NCBI GenBank assembly: GCA_963750445.1 | Contig: CAVVQR010000017.1 | Coordinates: forward strand, 116,016-180,015 | Reading direction: 5' to 3' | Length of the DNA stretch: 64,000 nt | Source: an uncultured Actinomycetota bacterium | Lineage (GTDB): Bacteria > Actinomycetota > Actinomycetes > Propionibacteriales > Nocardioidaceae | Shown here: in pieces, positions 17,289 to 27,002 of the stretch | Position numbering within the stretch: the first letter of the stretch is position 1 | Layout: the number at the start of each line of letters is the position of its first letter | The notes under the pieces: generated by a model | The model's database searches: none | What the model was told of the DNA's origin: nothing | The model's input: the letters and a program-made list of their open reading frames with translations, nothing else | Translations under genes and position numbers: made by a program

Positions 17289-17513
17289 CCCCGCATCGTG
17301 GCGGGACAACGGTGCTCGCGTGCTCCCCCCAAAGCATAGGAGCCGAGGCCGACCCCTCAGGTCCGTGTACAGCAGCACGGGGTGCGTCCCACGTGCCCGC
17401 CCCGCCGGTCAGGACCAGACATCGATCACTCGTGCTGAGGTGAGACTGTGGCGGCACGGGGACACACACAGAGGTCGGCGCCACCCGAGCGCCCGAGGTC
17501 AGGAGATCAGCCC

Positions 17514-18212
17514 ATGGATGACGAGCCACGAGACCCCGTCCCCGCGGCGGAAGGCATCGCCCCCGGTCACCACGTCGGCCCGCCGGTCCGCAAGGGTCAC
17601 GTCGAGCCATGCCCGCGGCGCATCCGCGCACGCGACGACCAGGGATGGGTGCTGGACACGACGCGGGCCTTCTACGTCTGGGAGCACCCCTACTACCCGC
17701 AGTACGCCGTGCCCGTCGCCGCGTTGCCGGACCGCGTGCGGGCCCGCGCCAGGGCGACCCCGGACGACGCCCGGCTCATCGACCACGTGGTGCTGCGCTT
17801 CACGGCGGCCTCGGCCTGGTACGAGGAGGACGAGCCGGTGCACGGCCATCCTCGTAGCCCGTTCGTCCGGGTGGACGCCGTGCGCTCGTCGCGGACCGTC
17901 ACGGTCACGATCCCCGGAGCAGGGGACGTGTCTCCGATCCGCCTCGCCCGGTCGACGTCACCGGTGGTCGTCTTCGAGACCAACCTGCCACCGCGGTGGT
18001 ACCTCGATCCCACGTGCGTCGACTGGTCGCTGATGACCGCGAGCACCACCGTGACGCGGTGTCCCTACAAGGGCGAGACCACCGGCTACTGGAGCGCCGG
18101 TGAGCTCAAGGACGTGGCCTGGAGCTATGGCGCCCCGTCGCGTGGGGTCGGTGAGATCGCGGGCCTGGTGGCGTTCGACGACACTCAGGTGGAGGTCACT
18201 GTCGCGCCATGA
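17514..18212 (+). CDS. DUF427 domain protein
   Basis: VWEHPYYPQYAVP, HPRSPFVRVD, FETNLPPRWY, TRCPYKGET.GYWS, DVAWSY; AGGAG RBS. Confidence 0.88.
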   Translation: MDDEPRDPVPAAEGIAPGHHVGPPVRKGHVEPCPRRIRARDDQGWVLDTTRAFYVWEHPYYPQYAVPVAALPDRVRARARATPDDARLIDHVVLRFTAASAWYEEDEPVHGHPRSPFVRVDAVRSSRTVTVTIPGAGDVSPIRLARSTSPVVVFETNLPPRWYLDPTCVDWSLMTASTTVTRCPYKGETTGYWSAGELKDVAWSYGAPSRGVGEIAGLVAFDDTQVEVTVAP

Positions 18213-18324
18213 GGCGGGCGGCGCGTAGGTCGGCGCGGCCAGGGCCACGCCGCGGTCCACGGCCACCCGGCACATCAGCTGCTGGCAGGAACGGCCGGGC
18301 CGCACCTCTCGTCGATGGTGGGGT

Positions 18325-19278
18325 CTAGCTCCCGAAGGCGATCCGCTCCCCGCGCCAGCCGGTGTTGCGGAGGAACTGTTCCCAGGTCAGCGTGTGGGGA
18401 TCGATGCGTCGGCTCCACTCGAGGTCGCGGTCGTCGCGGAAGTATCCGTACTCCACCGCGTACTCGACCATGCCGATGGTCTCGTCGGCTGCCAAAGGGT
18501 TCACGCCCAGGAACGGGAAGTACTCCAGAAGGCCTTCGCGCGTGTATGCGTTGCGGTACTCGGCCTTGAGCCCGGTGACACGGGAGAACGTCTCGACCAT
18601 CTCGGCCGGGGAGATCACATCACCCACGACCGGTAGCCAGGCGCCGCGATACGTGTCGGGGTTGGAGAACACCTCCAGAACGGCGGGGCCGGCCGCGGTG
18701 AGCGGGTCCACGAACGGGACACGGAAGTCCTCGGGGAAGTAGAAGGGCATGACCACCGTGTCACCGTCGACGTGCGGGACGTAGTACTCGAGCGCATTGG
18801 TGTAGTAGAACGAGAGCGACACGAAGGTGTGTGAGATCGGCAGAGTCCGAATGTGCTCGGCGACGAGCGCCTTGTCGGTGAAGTGCGGCGCCCACTTTGT
18901 TCCTGACGTCCTCTCCTCGACGTTCTCCAGGGTGCTGAAGACGACGTGACCGACTTCGGCTTCGGCTGCGGCATCGGCGAGCTGGCTCCCGATGAGGTAC
19001 TCCTCGGAGTCGGGTGGCAGGAGGGGTGGCGTCATCAGGAAAGCTCCCTCGGCCGATCCGAACGCGTCCACGAGCTCGCGCTGGTGACCCGGCGCGAGGG
19101 GGACCTCGGCAATCTCCGCTCCCATCTCCGCCAAGCCTCGGGCCTGGGCAGAACCGGCGTCCCGGGTCAGGGCTCGCACTCGGAACCTGCCGCTCTCGAG
19201 CAACGACGTAGCGACGCTCCTGCCCTGCTTGCTGGTGGCACCCGCAACGACGATCAACGGCTTACTGGACTCAGGCAT
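18325..19278 (-). CDS. NmrA/HSCARG-family NAD(P)-binding protein
   Basis: VAGATSKQGRSVA, VRALTRD, VFSTLENVE, PHFTDKA. Confidence 0.88.
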   Translation of the reverse strand: MPESSKPLIVVAGATSKQGRSVATSLLESGRFRVRALTRDAGSAQARGLAEMGAEIAEVPLAPGHQRELVDAFGSAEGAFLMTPPLLPPDSEEYLIGSQLADAAAEAEVGHVVFSTLENVEERTSGTKWAPHFTDKALVAEHIRTLPISHTFVSLSFYYTNALEYYVPHVDGDTVVMPFYFPEDFRVPFVDPLTAAGPAVLEVFSNPDTYRGAWLPVVGDVISPAEMVETFSRVTGLKAEYRNAYTREGLLEYFPFLGVNPLAADETIGMVEYAVEYGYFRDDRDLEWSRRIDPHTLTWEQFLRNTGWRGERIAFGS

Positions 19279-19455
19279 CCTGCACTCCTCTTGTGTATGC
19301 CCGGCGTCCGCGGCGGCCCGCAGTGGGGCGGCCACGACTCCGGCGAACGTGCATGCCAACATATCGTCATATCGCAATCTGTCAACATGTGGGCACGAGG
19401 AGATGAGTTCACTTCGTCGCATCGAGATACGGTGGTTTCAGAGGAAGGAGGCACC

Positions 19456-19812
19456 GTGGCGAAGGCGCAGGCGACGGACCCGAAGGGTGGGGCGGGAAAC
19501 GACGCTGTGCTGGACGCGGTCGAAGCCTTGAAGGCCCTGGCCAACCCTGCACGGCTGCAGATCATGGAGTGGCTGCGAGACCCTCACGTCGAGTTCGCCC
19601 AGTGGGAACCGATCGCTGACCGGGACCTCGTCGGGGTCTGTGTCAGTCATCTGCAGCTCAAGTCGGGCCTGGCCCAATCGACGATCTCGTCGTACATGGC
19701 AACCCTCGAACGGGCGGACCTCGTGCGATCCACGCGGATCGGCAAGTGGGTCCACTACAAGCGCAACGAAGACGCGATGTCGCGACTCGCTGAGATGCTC
19801 CGTAGGGCATAG
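19456..19812 (+). CDS. ArsR/SmtB-family regulator
   Basis: KALANPARLQIMEWL, GVCVSHL, GLAQSTISSYMATLERADLV..RIGKW; GAAGGAGG RBS; divergent from nmrA. Confidence 0.88.
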   Translation: MAKAQATDPKGGAGNDAVLDAVEALKALANPARLQIMEWLRDPHVEFAQWEPIADRDLVGVCVSHLQLKSGLAQSTISSYMATLERADLVRSTRIGKWVHYKRNEDAMSRLAEMLRRA

Positions 19813-20051
19813 CGACCATCACGAGGGCCTAGACCAAGGGACGGATCTTGTGGGCGGATGTGGAGCTGACCAGCCACCTTGCAAGATCGGTGAGCGCGAT
19901 GCCGTAGTCGTGGCATCGCTCGGCCATGCGTGATCCAGCGGCCGCATCATCGCGATCGGTGCGAGGGCTGTAGAGGTGGGGGCTCAGCACCTGCATGCCG
20001 ATGAAGTCGCACAGAATGGACGCGCTACCTGTCCGGTTCGCGTGACGGGCC

Positions 20052-20702
20052 TCAGGCGGTCTCGGGGAACTTCACTCCGGTGTTGGCGTGGCAGCGGTAG
20101 CCGAAGGGGTTCTTGGCGAGGTACTGCTGGTGGGCGTCCTCGGCGTAGAAGTAGGGCGTCTCGTCGGCCGGGCGGATCTCGGTGGTGATGGATCCGAGCC
20201 CGCGTCGCGCCAGCTCGTTGCCGTACGTCGTGGTCAGCTCGTGCGCGGTCCGCTCCTGCTCGGGCGTGGTGAAGTAGATCGCCGAGCGGTACTGGGTGCC
20301 GACGTCGTTGCCCTGGCGCATGCCCTGGGTCGGGTCGTGGATCTCGAAGAACTTCTTGAGCAGGTCGGCGTAGGACACGACCGACGGGTCGAAGACGACC
20401 CGGATCGCCTCGGTGTGGCCGGTGCGGCCGCTGCAGACCTCTTCGTAGGTGGGGTTGGGGGTGCTGCCACCGGCGTAGCCGACCGACGTCGACCAGACTC
20501 CGGGGACCTTCCAGTAGATCTCCTCCGCGCCCCAGAAGCAGCCGAGGCCGAGGATCGCGACCTCGAAGCCTGCCGGCGCGTCAGGGGTGATCACCGGGGT
20601 GTCGAGGACCACGTGGTCCCCCAGGCTCCACGTCGACTCCGTGCGGCCCGGCAGGGCCTGGTCGGGCGTGGGCAGGGTGGTGGGCTTGCCGAATCCGAAC
20701 AT
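20052..20702 (-). CDS. msrA: Peptide-methionine (S)-S-oxide reductase
   Basis: GCFWGAE, YEEVCSGRTGHTE, HDPTQGMRQGNDVGTQYRS, AEDAHQQYL. Confidence 0.97.
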   Translation of the reverse strand: MFGFGKPTTLPTPDQALPGRTESTWSLGDHVVLDTPVITPDAPAGFEVAILGLGCFWGAEEIYWKVPGVWSTSVGYAGGSTPNPTYEEVCSGRTGHTEAIRVVFDPSVVSYADLLKKFFEIHDPTQGMRQGNDVGTQYRSAIYFTTPEQERTAHELTTTYGNELARRGLGSITTEIRPADETPYFYAEDAHQQYLAKNPFGYRCHANTGVKFPETA

Positions 20703-20877
20703 GCCCCCATCATCGCTCGCCTGCCCAAGCGCGCAAGGGGCCGCATCGCCCGCGGGAACGGCGGGACGTGTCAGTGAAATTACGTGGACTAGACGTCGTA
20801 CTGCCACCGATGCGCCACCCGGTGGAGCGGGAGGACGGTGACCACCACAGCATCATCCGTCGAAAGGAAAACGCATC

Positions 20878-21560
20878 ATGGCTTCACGTCGTTCGGTTCG
20901 GCAGCTCCTGGTTGCCGTCCTGCTGGGGGTTCTCGTCGGTGGAGGCCTGATGGCCGTCACGCCCGCTGGCGCGGAGGTCGCGCAGGCCGCGGCCACCAGC
21001 TGGAAGAAGATCTGGAAGAAGGAGCTCAAGCCGCTCGCGGCCAAGACGCTACTACACGAAGACGCAGAGCGACACGAAGTACGCGAGCAAGGCCGAGGCC
21101 AGCCGCAGCCGCGGCACGCGGCCCAGTCCGCGGCGACCAGCGCGGCCAACTCCGCCACCGACTCCAAGCTCGGCGGGTACTACAAGAAGACCGAGTCCGA
21201 CGCGAAGTACGCGCCGTACCCTTCGGTGATCCGCGGCGTCTAACATCGCTGGGATGGGCCGCCGCGGGCATCGAGCAGACCGTTGCGCATCCGCTCAGCC
21301 TGCTGTCCGCAGCACCGACATGTCACTACATCGACCGGTGCCCGTTGCCGCCGGCAGCTGCCGCGGGACCGCGCTGCTCCTGACGCGCACGCCGCGGCTA
21401 CCTGTGCGTCATCCTCGAGCAGCGGCTCACGACGTCGTGAACGTCGACAGTGCTGATCCGGTGCGACCGCAGCCTACGATCCGCTCGGGCGGAGCCGGCA
21501 CAGCCGCGGCGCCCGGCCACGGCGACCGTCACGTGCACCTGACGCCATCAGACCAGCGGC
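20878..21560 (+). CDS. Secreted hypothetical protein, heavily frameshifted (end uncertain)
   Basis: GAAAGGA RBS; signal peptide; WKKIWKKELKP; repeated YYTKTQSDTKY / YYKKTESDAKY motifs in shifting frames. Confidence 0.5.
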
Positions 21561-21636
21561 CACTGGCTCAACCGCGTGATCACCGCGGTGCAGCCGTCGC
21601 GCTCGAGTCAACGGATCGACGGCGATCTGCACCGCG

Positions 21637-21670
21637 AACGGCCGCCACTTCGGGGGGAGTGGCGGCCGTT
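21637..21670 (+). terminator. Intrinsic terminator hairpin
   Basis: AACGGCCGCCACT...AGTGGCGGCCGTT followed by CTGCTGT. Confidence 0.7.
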
Positions 21671-21705
21671 CTGCTGTCCCGGCAGGCGGGGTCTACGCTC
21701 GCCGT

Positions 21706-22866
21706 GTGACCCAGGAACGTGCCAACAAGGTCGGATTCGAGACGCGTGCGATCCACGCCGGCTACGAGCCCGACGCGATGACCGGGGCGGTCAACCCGCC
21801 CATCTACGCGAGCAGCACCTACAAGCAGGACGGCGTCGGCGGACTGCGCGGCGGCTACGAGTACAGCCGCTCCGCCAACCCCACGCGTACGGCGCTCGAG
21901 GGCGCGCTCGCGGCCGTCGAGGACGGCGAGAAGGGGTTCGCCTTCGCCTCCGGCCTGGCCGCCGAGGACGCCATCATCCGCGCGCTCACCCGGCCCGGCG
22001 ACCACGTGGTCATCCCCGACGACGCCTACGGCGGCACCTTCCGCCTCTTCGACAAGGTCGCCAAGGTCTGGGGGCTCGACCACAGCCCCGCGCCGGTCGC
22101 GGACCTCGCCGCGGTGACCGCGGCGATCGAGCCGGGACGTACGAAGATCGTGTGGGTCGAGACGCCCACCAACCCGATGCTCACCATCGGCGACATCGAG
22201 GCGCTGGCCACGATCGCCCACGACGCCGGCGCCCTGCTGGTCGTCGACAACACCTTCGCCTCGCCCTACCTCCAGCAGCCGCTCACCCTCGGCGCCGACG
22301 TGGTCGTGCACTCGACCACCAAGTACGTCGGCGGGCACAGCGACGTCGTCGGGGGAGCGGTGGTCGTCCGCGACCTGGACCTGGCCGAGAAGATCGGCTT
22401 CCACCAGAACGCCATGGGAGCGGTCGCCGGTCCGTTCGACGCCTTCCTGACCCACCGCGGCCTCAAGACGCTCGGCGTCCGGATGGACCGCCACTGCGAC
22501 AACGCCGAGAAGATCGTGGAGTTCCTCGACGGTGACCCGCGCGTCTCCGAGGTGATCTACCCCGGCCTCGCCGCCCACCCCGGCCACGAGGTCGCCGCGC
22601 GCCAGATGAAGCGGTTCGGCGGGATGATCTCCTTCCGCGTCGTCGGCGGGATGGAGCAGGCGCTCGCGGTGTGCGAACGTGCCGACGTGTTCACCCTGGG
22701 CGAGTCGCTCGGCGGCGTCGAGTCGCTCATCGAGCACCCGGGGAAGATGACCCACGCCAGCGTCGCCGGCACGGACCTCGAGGTCCCGGCCGACCTGATC
22801 CGGCTCAGCGTCGGCATCGAGAGCATCGACGACCTCGTCGCCGACCTCGACCGAGCCCTGGGGTGA
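21706..22866 (+). CDS. metB: Cystathionine gamma-synthase (Cys/Met PLP family)
   Basis: YEYSRSANPTR, ETPTNP, VVDNTFASP, HSTTKYVGGHSD (PLP lysine), ESLGGVESL; TACGCT -10 just upstream (leaderless). Confidence 0.93.
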   Translation: MTQERANKVGFETRAIHAGYEPDAMTGAVNPPIYASSTYKQDGVGGLRGGYEYSRSANPTRTALEGALAAVEDGEKGFAFASGLAAEDAIIRALTRPGDHVVIPDDAYGGTFRLFDKVAKVWGLDHSPAPVADLAAVTAAIEPGRTKIVWVETPTNPMLTIGDIEALATIAHDAGALLVVDNTFASPYLQQPLTLGADVVVHSTTKYVGGHSDVVGGAVVVRDLDLAEKIGFHQNAMGAVAGPFDAFLTHRGLKTLGVRMDRHCDNAEKIVEFLDGDPRVSEVIYPGLAAHPGHEVAARQMKRFGGMISFRVVGGMEQALAVCERADVFTLGESLGGVESLIEHPGKMTHASVAGTDLEVPADLIRLSVGIESIDDLVADLDRALG

Positions 22867-22894
22867 CGCTGCCCGACCCCATCGGGGCTCTGGA

Positions 22895-24286
22895 GTGAGC
22901 GTCGTCTGCGTCGACTTCGGATCGACGTTCACCAAGGCGGTGCTGGTCGACCTCGAGACGGGTGACCTGCTCGCGACGGCGAGTCATCCGACGACCCTGC
23001 CCGATGCCGGGGGGATGGGCGACGTCCTCGACGGGTACGACGCCTGCGTGACCGCCCTCGCCGAGCAGGACCCGCGTGCGCTGGAGGCCGACGTGCTCGC
23101 CTGCTCCAGCGCCGGCGGAGGACTGCGGATCGCCGTCGTCGGCAACGAGGACCTCGTCACCGCCGAGGCCGGCCGCCGGGTCGCGCTGTCCAGCGGCGGC
23201 AAGGTCGTGCTCGTGCTCTCCGGCGGGCTGGACGGACCCAAGCTCTCCGGGCTGCGGGCGGCCGAGCCCGATGTCGTGCTGCTCGTCGGAGGCACCGACG
23301 GCGGCAACGCCGAGGTGCTGGAGGGCGATGCCGCCTTCCTCGCCTCCACCCCCTGGCCCGGACCGGTCGTGGTCGCCGGCAACATCGAGTCGCAACCCCG
23401 GGTCGCCGACCTCCTCACCCGGTCGGGCACGCCCTTCGTCCTGGCCGACAACGTCGTGCCCAGGATCGGTGTCCTCGCCCCGGACAGCGCCCGGCGCGCG
23501 ATCCGCGAGATCTTCCTCAGCCACGTCATCGGCGGCAAGCACCTCAGCAGCCGCACCGACGGGCACGGCCGCTCCTTCACCGACCTCGTGCGCGGCGCGA
23601 CGCCCGACGTGGTGCTGACCGGTGTCGAGCTGCTCGCCAAGGGTCTCGACGAGGAGCACCGCGGCGCCGGCGACGTGGTCGTCGTCGACGTGGGCGGCGC
23701 CACCACCGACGTGCACAGCGTGATCGAGCTCGACCCCGAGGAGAGTGGCCTGGCCCGCGAGGTCGTGGCCACCACGCCCGTGACCCGCACGGTCGAGGGC
23801 GACCTGGGCATGAGGTGGTCGGCGATCTCGACGGTCGAGGCCGCTGGCCGTGACGACCTCACCGCCGCCGCCCACCGACGACGCGAGCACCCCGACTTCC
23901 TCCCCGACTCCGACGACGAGCAGGAGGCCGACCTCGACATCGCGGCCGCTGCCGTCCGCCTCGCCCTCGAGCGCCACGCCGGACGCAGCAAGGTCGTGGT
24001 CAGCCCCGAGGGCCGGGTGGTCGAGCGCAGCGGCAAGGACCTGCGCGAGGTCGACCTGCTGGTCGGCTCCGGTGGCGTGCTGCGACACGGCGGCCCCGAT
24101 GCCGTACGCCGGGTGCTGACCCCCGCGACGGGTGATGCCTTCGAGGGCGGGTGGCAGCTGCCGCGCGACCCCGAGGTGGTCGTCGACCGCGACTACGTGC
24201 TGGCGGCCGCCGGCCTGCTGGCAGAGACTCATCCGGTGACGGCGCACCGGCTCGTGAGCCGACTCCTCCTCGCCGGAGATGGATAG
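22895..24286 (+). CDS. glmL: Glutamate mutase L (GlmL)-family ATP-dependent reactivating factor
   Basis: VDFGSTFTKA, ACSSAGGGLR, VGGTDGGN, VDVGGATTDVHS, RTVEGDLGMR, GSGGVL. Confidence 0.88.
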   Translation: MSVVCVDFGSTFTKAVLVDLETGDLLATASHPTTLPDAGGMGDVLDGYDACVTALAEQDPRALEADVLACSSAGGGLRIAVVGNEDLVTAEAGRRVALSSGGKVVLVLSGGLDGPKLSGLRAAEPDVVLLVGGTDGGNAEVLEGDAAFLASTPWPGPVVVAGNIESQPRVADLLTRSGTPFVLADNVVPRIGVLAPDSARRAIREIFLSHVIGGKHLSSRTDGHGRSFTDLVRGATPDVVLTGVELLAKGLDEEHRGAGDVVVVDVGGATTDVHSVIELDPEESGLAREVVATTPVTRTVEGDLGMRWSAISTVEAAGRDDLTAAAHRRREHPDFLPDSDDEQEADLDIAAAAVRLALERHAGRSKVVVSPEGRVVERSGKDLREVDLLVGSGGVLRHGGPDAVRRVLTPATGDAFEGGWQLPRDPEVVVDRDYVLAAAGLLAETHPVTAHRLVSRLLLAGDG

Positions 24287-24287
24287 C

Positions 24288-25682
24288 GTGGCCGACGTGA
24301 GTGACCAGCACAGCCCCCACCCCAGCCCACAGCCCGATGTCAGCGACGACGAGTCGCGTCGACGTCGCCTCTTCCAGGCGCTGCAACGCAGCGAGGACGA
24401 CGGGCTGACCGAGCGCATCGTCGCGCAGTGGGCCCAGATGCGCGCCGAGCGGAAGACCGAGCCGGCGTTCACGACCGGGCCGTCCAACTTCAGCCGTGCC
24501 CAGGTGCCCTGGGGTCTCGACCTCGCGGCTGCCTGGTCGTGGCGGCTCATCACGATCGCCGTTGCGGCCTACGGCGTGCTGTGGCTCCTGAGCTACTTCG
24601 CGGTGATCGCCTTCCCGATCGCGATCTCGCTGCTCATCGCGGCGCTCGGCACGCCTCTGGTCAACCTGCTGCGCCGGACCGGTCTCCCGCGAGGGCCGTC
24701 CACCGGGCTGGTGATGGTGCTGGGGATCGGCACCGTCGCGCTGCTGCTGACCTTCGTCGGCCAGCAGGTGGCCCAGGGCGCCAACGACCTGGCCGACTCC
24801 GTGGTGACGGGCCTCGGGCAGATCCGTGACTGGCTGCGGACCGGACCGCTCAACGTCTCCGACTCCCAGCTCGACGGCTACATCAAGGACATGCAGGGCG
24901 CGGTCACCGACAGCACCGGCACCAACGGCGTCGTCACCCGCGTGACCGAGGTCGGGACCGCCCTCGGACACGTGGTGGCCGGCTTCTTCATCGTGCTGTT
25001 CTCGACCTACTTCTTCCTCTCCGACGGTGAGCGGATCTGGTCGTGGATGGTGCGGATCGCGCCGCGGGCCGCGCGGGAGCGGGTCGACGCCTCGGGCAAG
25101 GTGGCCTGGCGCTCGCTCACCCAGTTCGTCCGGGCGACCGTCCTGGTGGCCCTCGCCGACGCGATCGGGATCATGATCGTCGCGGCCTTCCTCGGGGTGC
25201 CGTTCGTGATCGCCATCGGCGTGCTGGTGTTCCTCGGTGCCTTCGTCCCGATGATCGGCGCGACGGTCGCCGGCACCGTGGCGATCCTGGTCGCCCTCGT
25301 CGACCAGGGCCCCTGGACCGCACTGCTGATGTTCGGCGGCGTGATCATCGTCCAGCAGATCGAGGGGCACATCCTCCAGCCCTTCCTGATGGGACGCTTC
25401 GTCTCGCTCCACCCGCTCGGCGTGATCGTGGCGATCGGCTGCGGCGTCCTCGTCGCAGGCGTCGCCGGCGCACTCATCGCCGTACCCCTCGCGGCCGCCG
25501 GCAACGCCGTCGCGCAGCACCTCGCGAGCTACACCGACATCGGGGAGGACGATCCCGACGACGCGCTCGAGGTGGAGGTCGGTCCACCACCCACGGAGGC
25601 CGACGAGGTCCCCGAGGACGACAGCCCCCTTGCCGGGCCGGACGACCCTGAGGACGATGGTCACGAGGAGGACCGCACATGA
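24288..25682 (+). CDS. AI-2E family transporter
   Basis: Multiple TM segments, FFLSDGERIW, AFVPMIGA, QQIEGHILQP, LHPL; acidic tail. Confidence 0.88.
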   Translation: MADVSDQHSPHPSPQPDVSDDESRRRRLFQALQRSEDDGLTERIVAQWAQMRAERKTEPAFTTGPSNFSRAQVPWGLDLAAAWSWRLITIAVAAYGVLWLLSYFAVIAFPIAISLLIAALGTPLVNLLRRTGLPRGPSTGLVMVLGIGTVALLLTFVGQQVAQGANDLADSVVTGLGQIRDWLRTGPLNVSDSQLDGYIKDMQGAVTDSTGTNGVVTRVTEVGTALGHVVAGFFIVLFSTYFFLSDGERIWSWMVRIAPRAARERVDASGKVAWRSLTQFVRATVLVALADAIGIMIVAAFLGVPFVIAIGVLVFLGAFVPMIGATVAGTVAILVALVDQGPWTALLMFGGVIIVQQIEGHILQPFLMGRFVSLHPLGVIVAIGCGVLVAGVAGALIAVPLAAAGNAVAQHLASYTDIGEDDPDDALEVEVGPPPTEADEVPEDDSPLAGPDDPEDDGHEEDRT

Positions 25683-26887
25683 GCGAGCAGGTGACCCTGG
25701 CCGACATCGAGGCCGCGCGGGTGGTCCTCGAGGGCGTCACGCTCACCACGCCGATGGAGGGCTCGCGCTGGCTCTCCGCGCTGGCCGACGGCCAGGTGCT
25801 GCTCAAGTGCGAGAACCTCCAGCGCACCGGCTCGTTCAAGTCCCGCGGTGCCTACGTCCGGATCTCCCGGCTCTCGGCGGAGGAGCGGGCCCACGGTGTC
25901 GTCGCGGCCTCCGCCGGCAACCACGCCCAGGGCGTCGCGCTCGCTGCCTCGATGCTCGGCATCCGGTCGACGGTGTTCATGCCCGAGGGAGCGCCGATCC
26001 CCAAGGAGAAGGCGACCCGCGGCTACGGCGCCGAGGTGGTCTTCCACGGTCGCTACCTCGAGGACTCGCTCGTCCGGGCGCGCCAGTTCGCCGACGAGAC
26101 CGGCGCCGTCCTGATCCACCCCTTCGACCACGTCGACATCGTCTCGGGCCAGGGCACGCTCGGCCTGGAGGTGCTCGAGCAGGCACCCGACGTACGCACC
26201 GTGCTGGTGCCCACGGGCGGCGGCGGGCTGCTGGCGGGGGTCGCGATCGCGATCAAGGCGCTGCGCCCCGACGTACGCGTGGTGGGTGTGCAGGCCGAGG
26301 GCGCCGCCGCCTATCCCGCATCCCTCGCGGCGGGGGAGCCGGTGCCGCTGGAGTCGATGACCACGATGGCCGACGGCATCGCGGTCGGGCGCCCGGGCGA
26401 CATCACCTTCGCGGCGGTGCGCGACCACGTCGACGACATCATCACCGTCTCCGAGGAGTCGCTCTCGGTGGCGCTGCTGGCCCTGATCGAGCGCGCCAAG
26501 CAGGTCGTCGAGCCCGCCGGCGCGGCCGCGGTCGCGGCCCTGCTCGACAACCCGACCGCCTTCGAGACGCCGGCCGTCGCCGTGCTGTCCGGCGGCAACA
26601 TCGACCCGCTGCTGCTCAACAAGGTCATCCGGCACGGCCTCGCCGCCGCCGGGCGCTACCTCTACCTGCGCGTCTGCATCCCCGACCTGCCCGGCGGGCT
26701 CGCCTCGCTCCTGACCGAGGTCGGGGCCGAGGGCGCCAACGTGCTCGAGGTCGCCCACGAGCGGATCTCGCCGACGCTCAACCTCAACGAGGTCGAGGTG
26801 CGGATCCAGCTCGAGACCCGCGGCGAGGCCCACGCCGAGCACCTGACGTCGCGGCTGCGCGAGCGCGGCTACCGCGTCCACGACTGA
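25679..26887 (+). CDS. ilvA: Threonine ammonia-lyase with C-terminal ACT domain
   Basis: KCENLQRTGSFKSRGA, ASAGNHAQG, PTGGGGL, LSGGNID. Confidence 0.95.
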   Translation: MSEQVTLADIEAARVVLEGVTLTTPMEGSRWLSALADGQVLLKCENLQRTGSFKSRGAYVRISRLSAEERAHGVVAASAGNHAQGVALAASMLGIRSTVFMPEGAPIPKEKATRGYGAEVVFHGRYLEDSLVRARQFADETGAVLIHPFDHVDIVSGQGTLGLEVLEQAPDVRTVLVPTGGGGLLAGVAIAIKALRPDVRVVGVQAEGAAAYPASLAAGEPVPLESMTTMADGIAVGRPGDITFAAVRDHVDDIITVSEESLSVALLALIERAKQVVEPAGAAAVAALLDNPTAFETPAVAVLSGGNIDPLLLNKVIRHGLAAAGRYLYLRVCIPDLPGGLASLLTEVGAEGANVLEVAHERISPTLNLNEVEVRIQLETRGEAHAEHLTSRLRERGYRVHD

Positions 26888-26927
26888 GCGGTGCGTACGG
26901 TCCGGCCGAACTCCACGCCCGGCGAAC

Positions 26928-26981
26928 GAGCGGTGAGCAGGACAGGTTCTGCGGCTGCAGAACCTGCCTCACTCACCGCTC
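26928..26981. terminator. Long imperfect inverted repeat between convergent ilvA and greA
   Basis: GAGCGGTGAG..CAGGTTCTGC-GGCT-GCAGAACCTG..CTCACCGCTC. Confidence 0.6.
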
Positions 26982-27002
26982 CGGCGGGTGGTGCGGAGAC
27001 GC

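Noticed and set aside
19829-19996. 55-aa minus-strand ORF (MQVLSPHLY...) after arsR
   Set aside because: No RBS, atypical codon usage and no recognisable motif; at most a gene remnant
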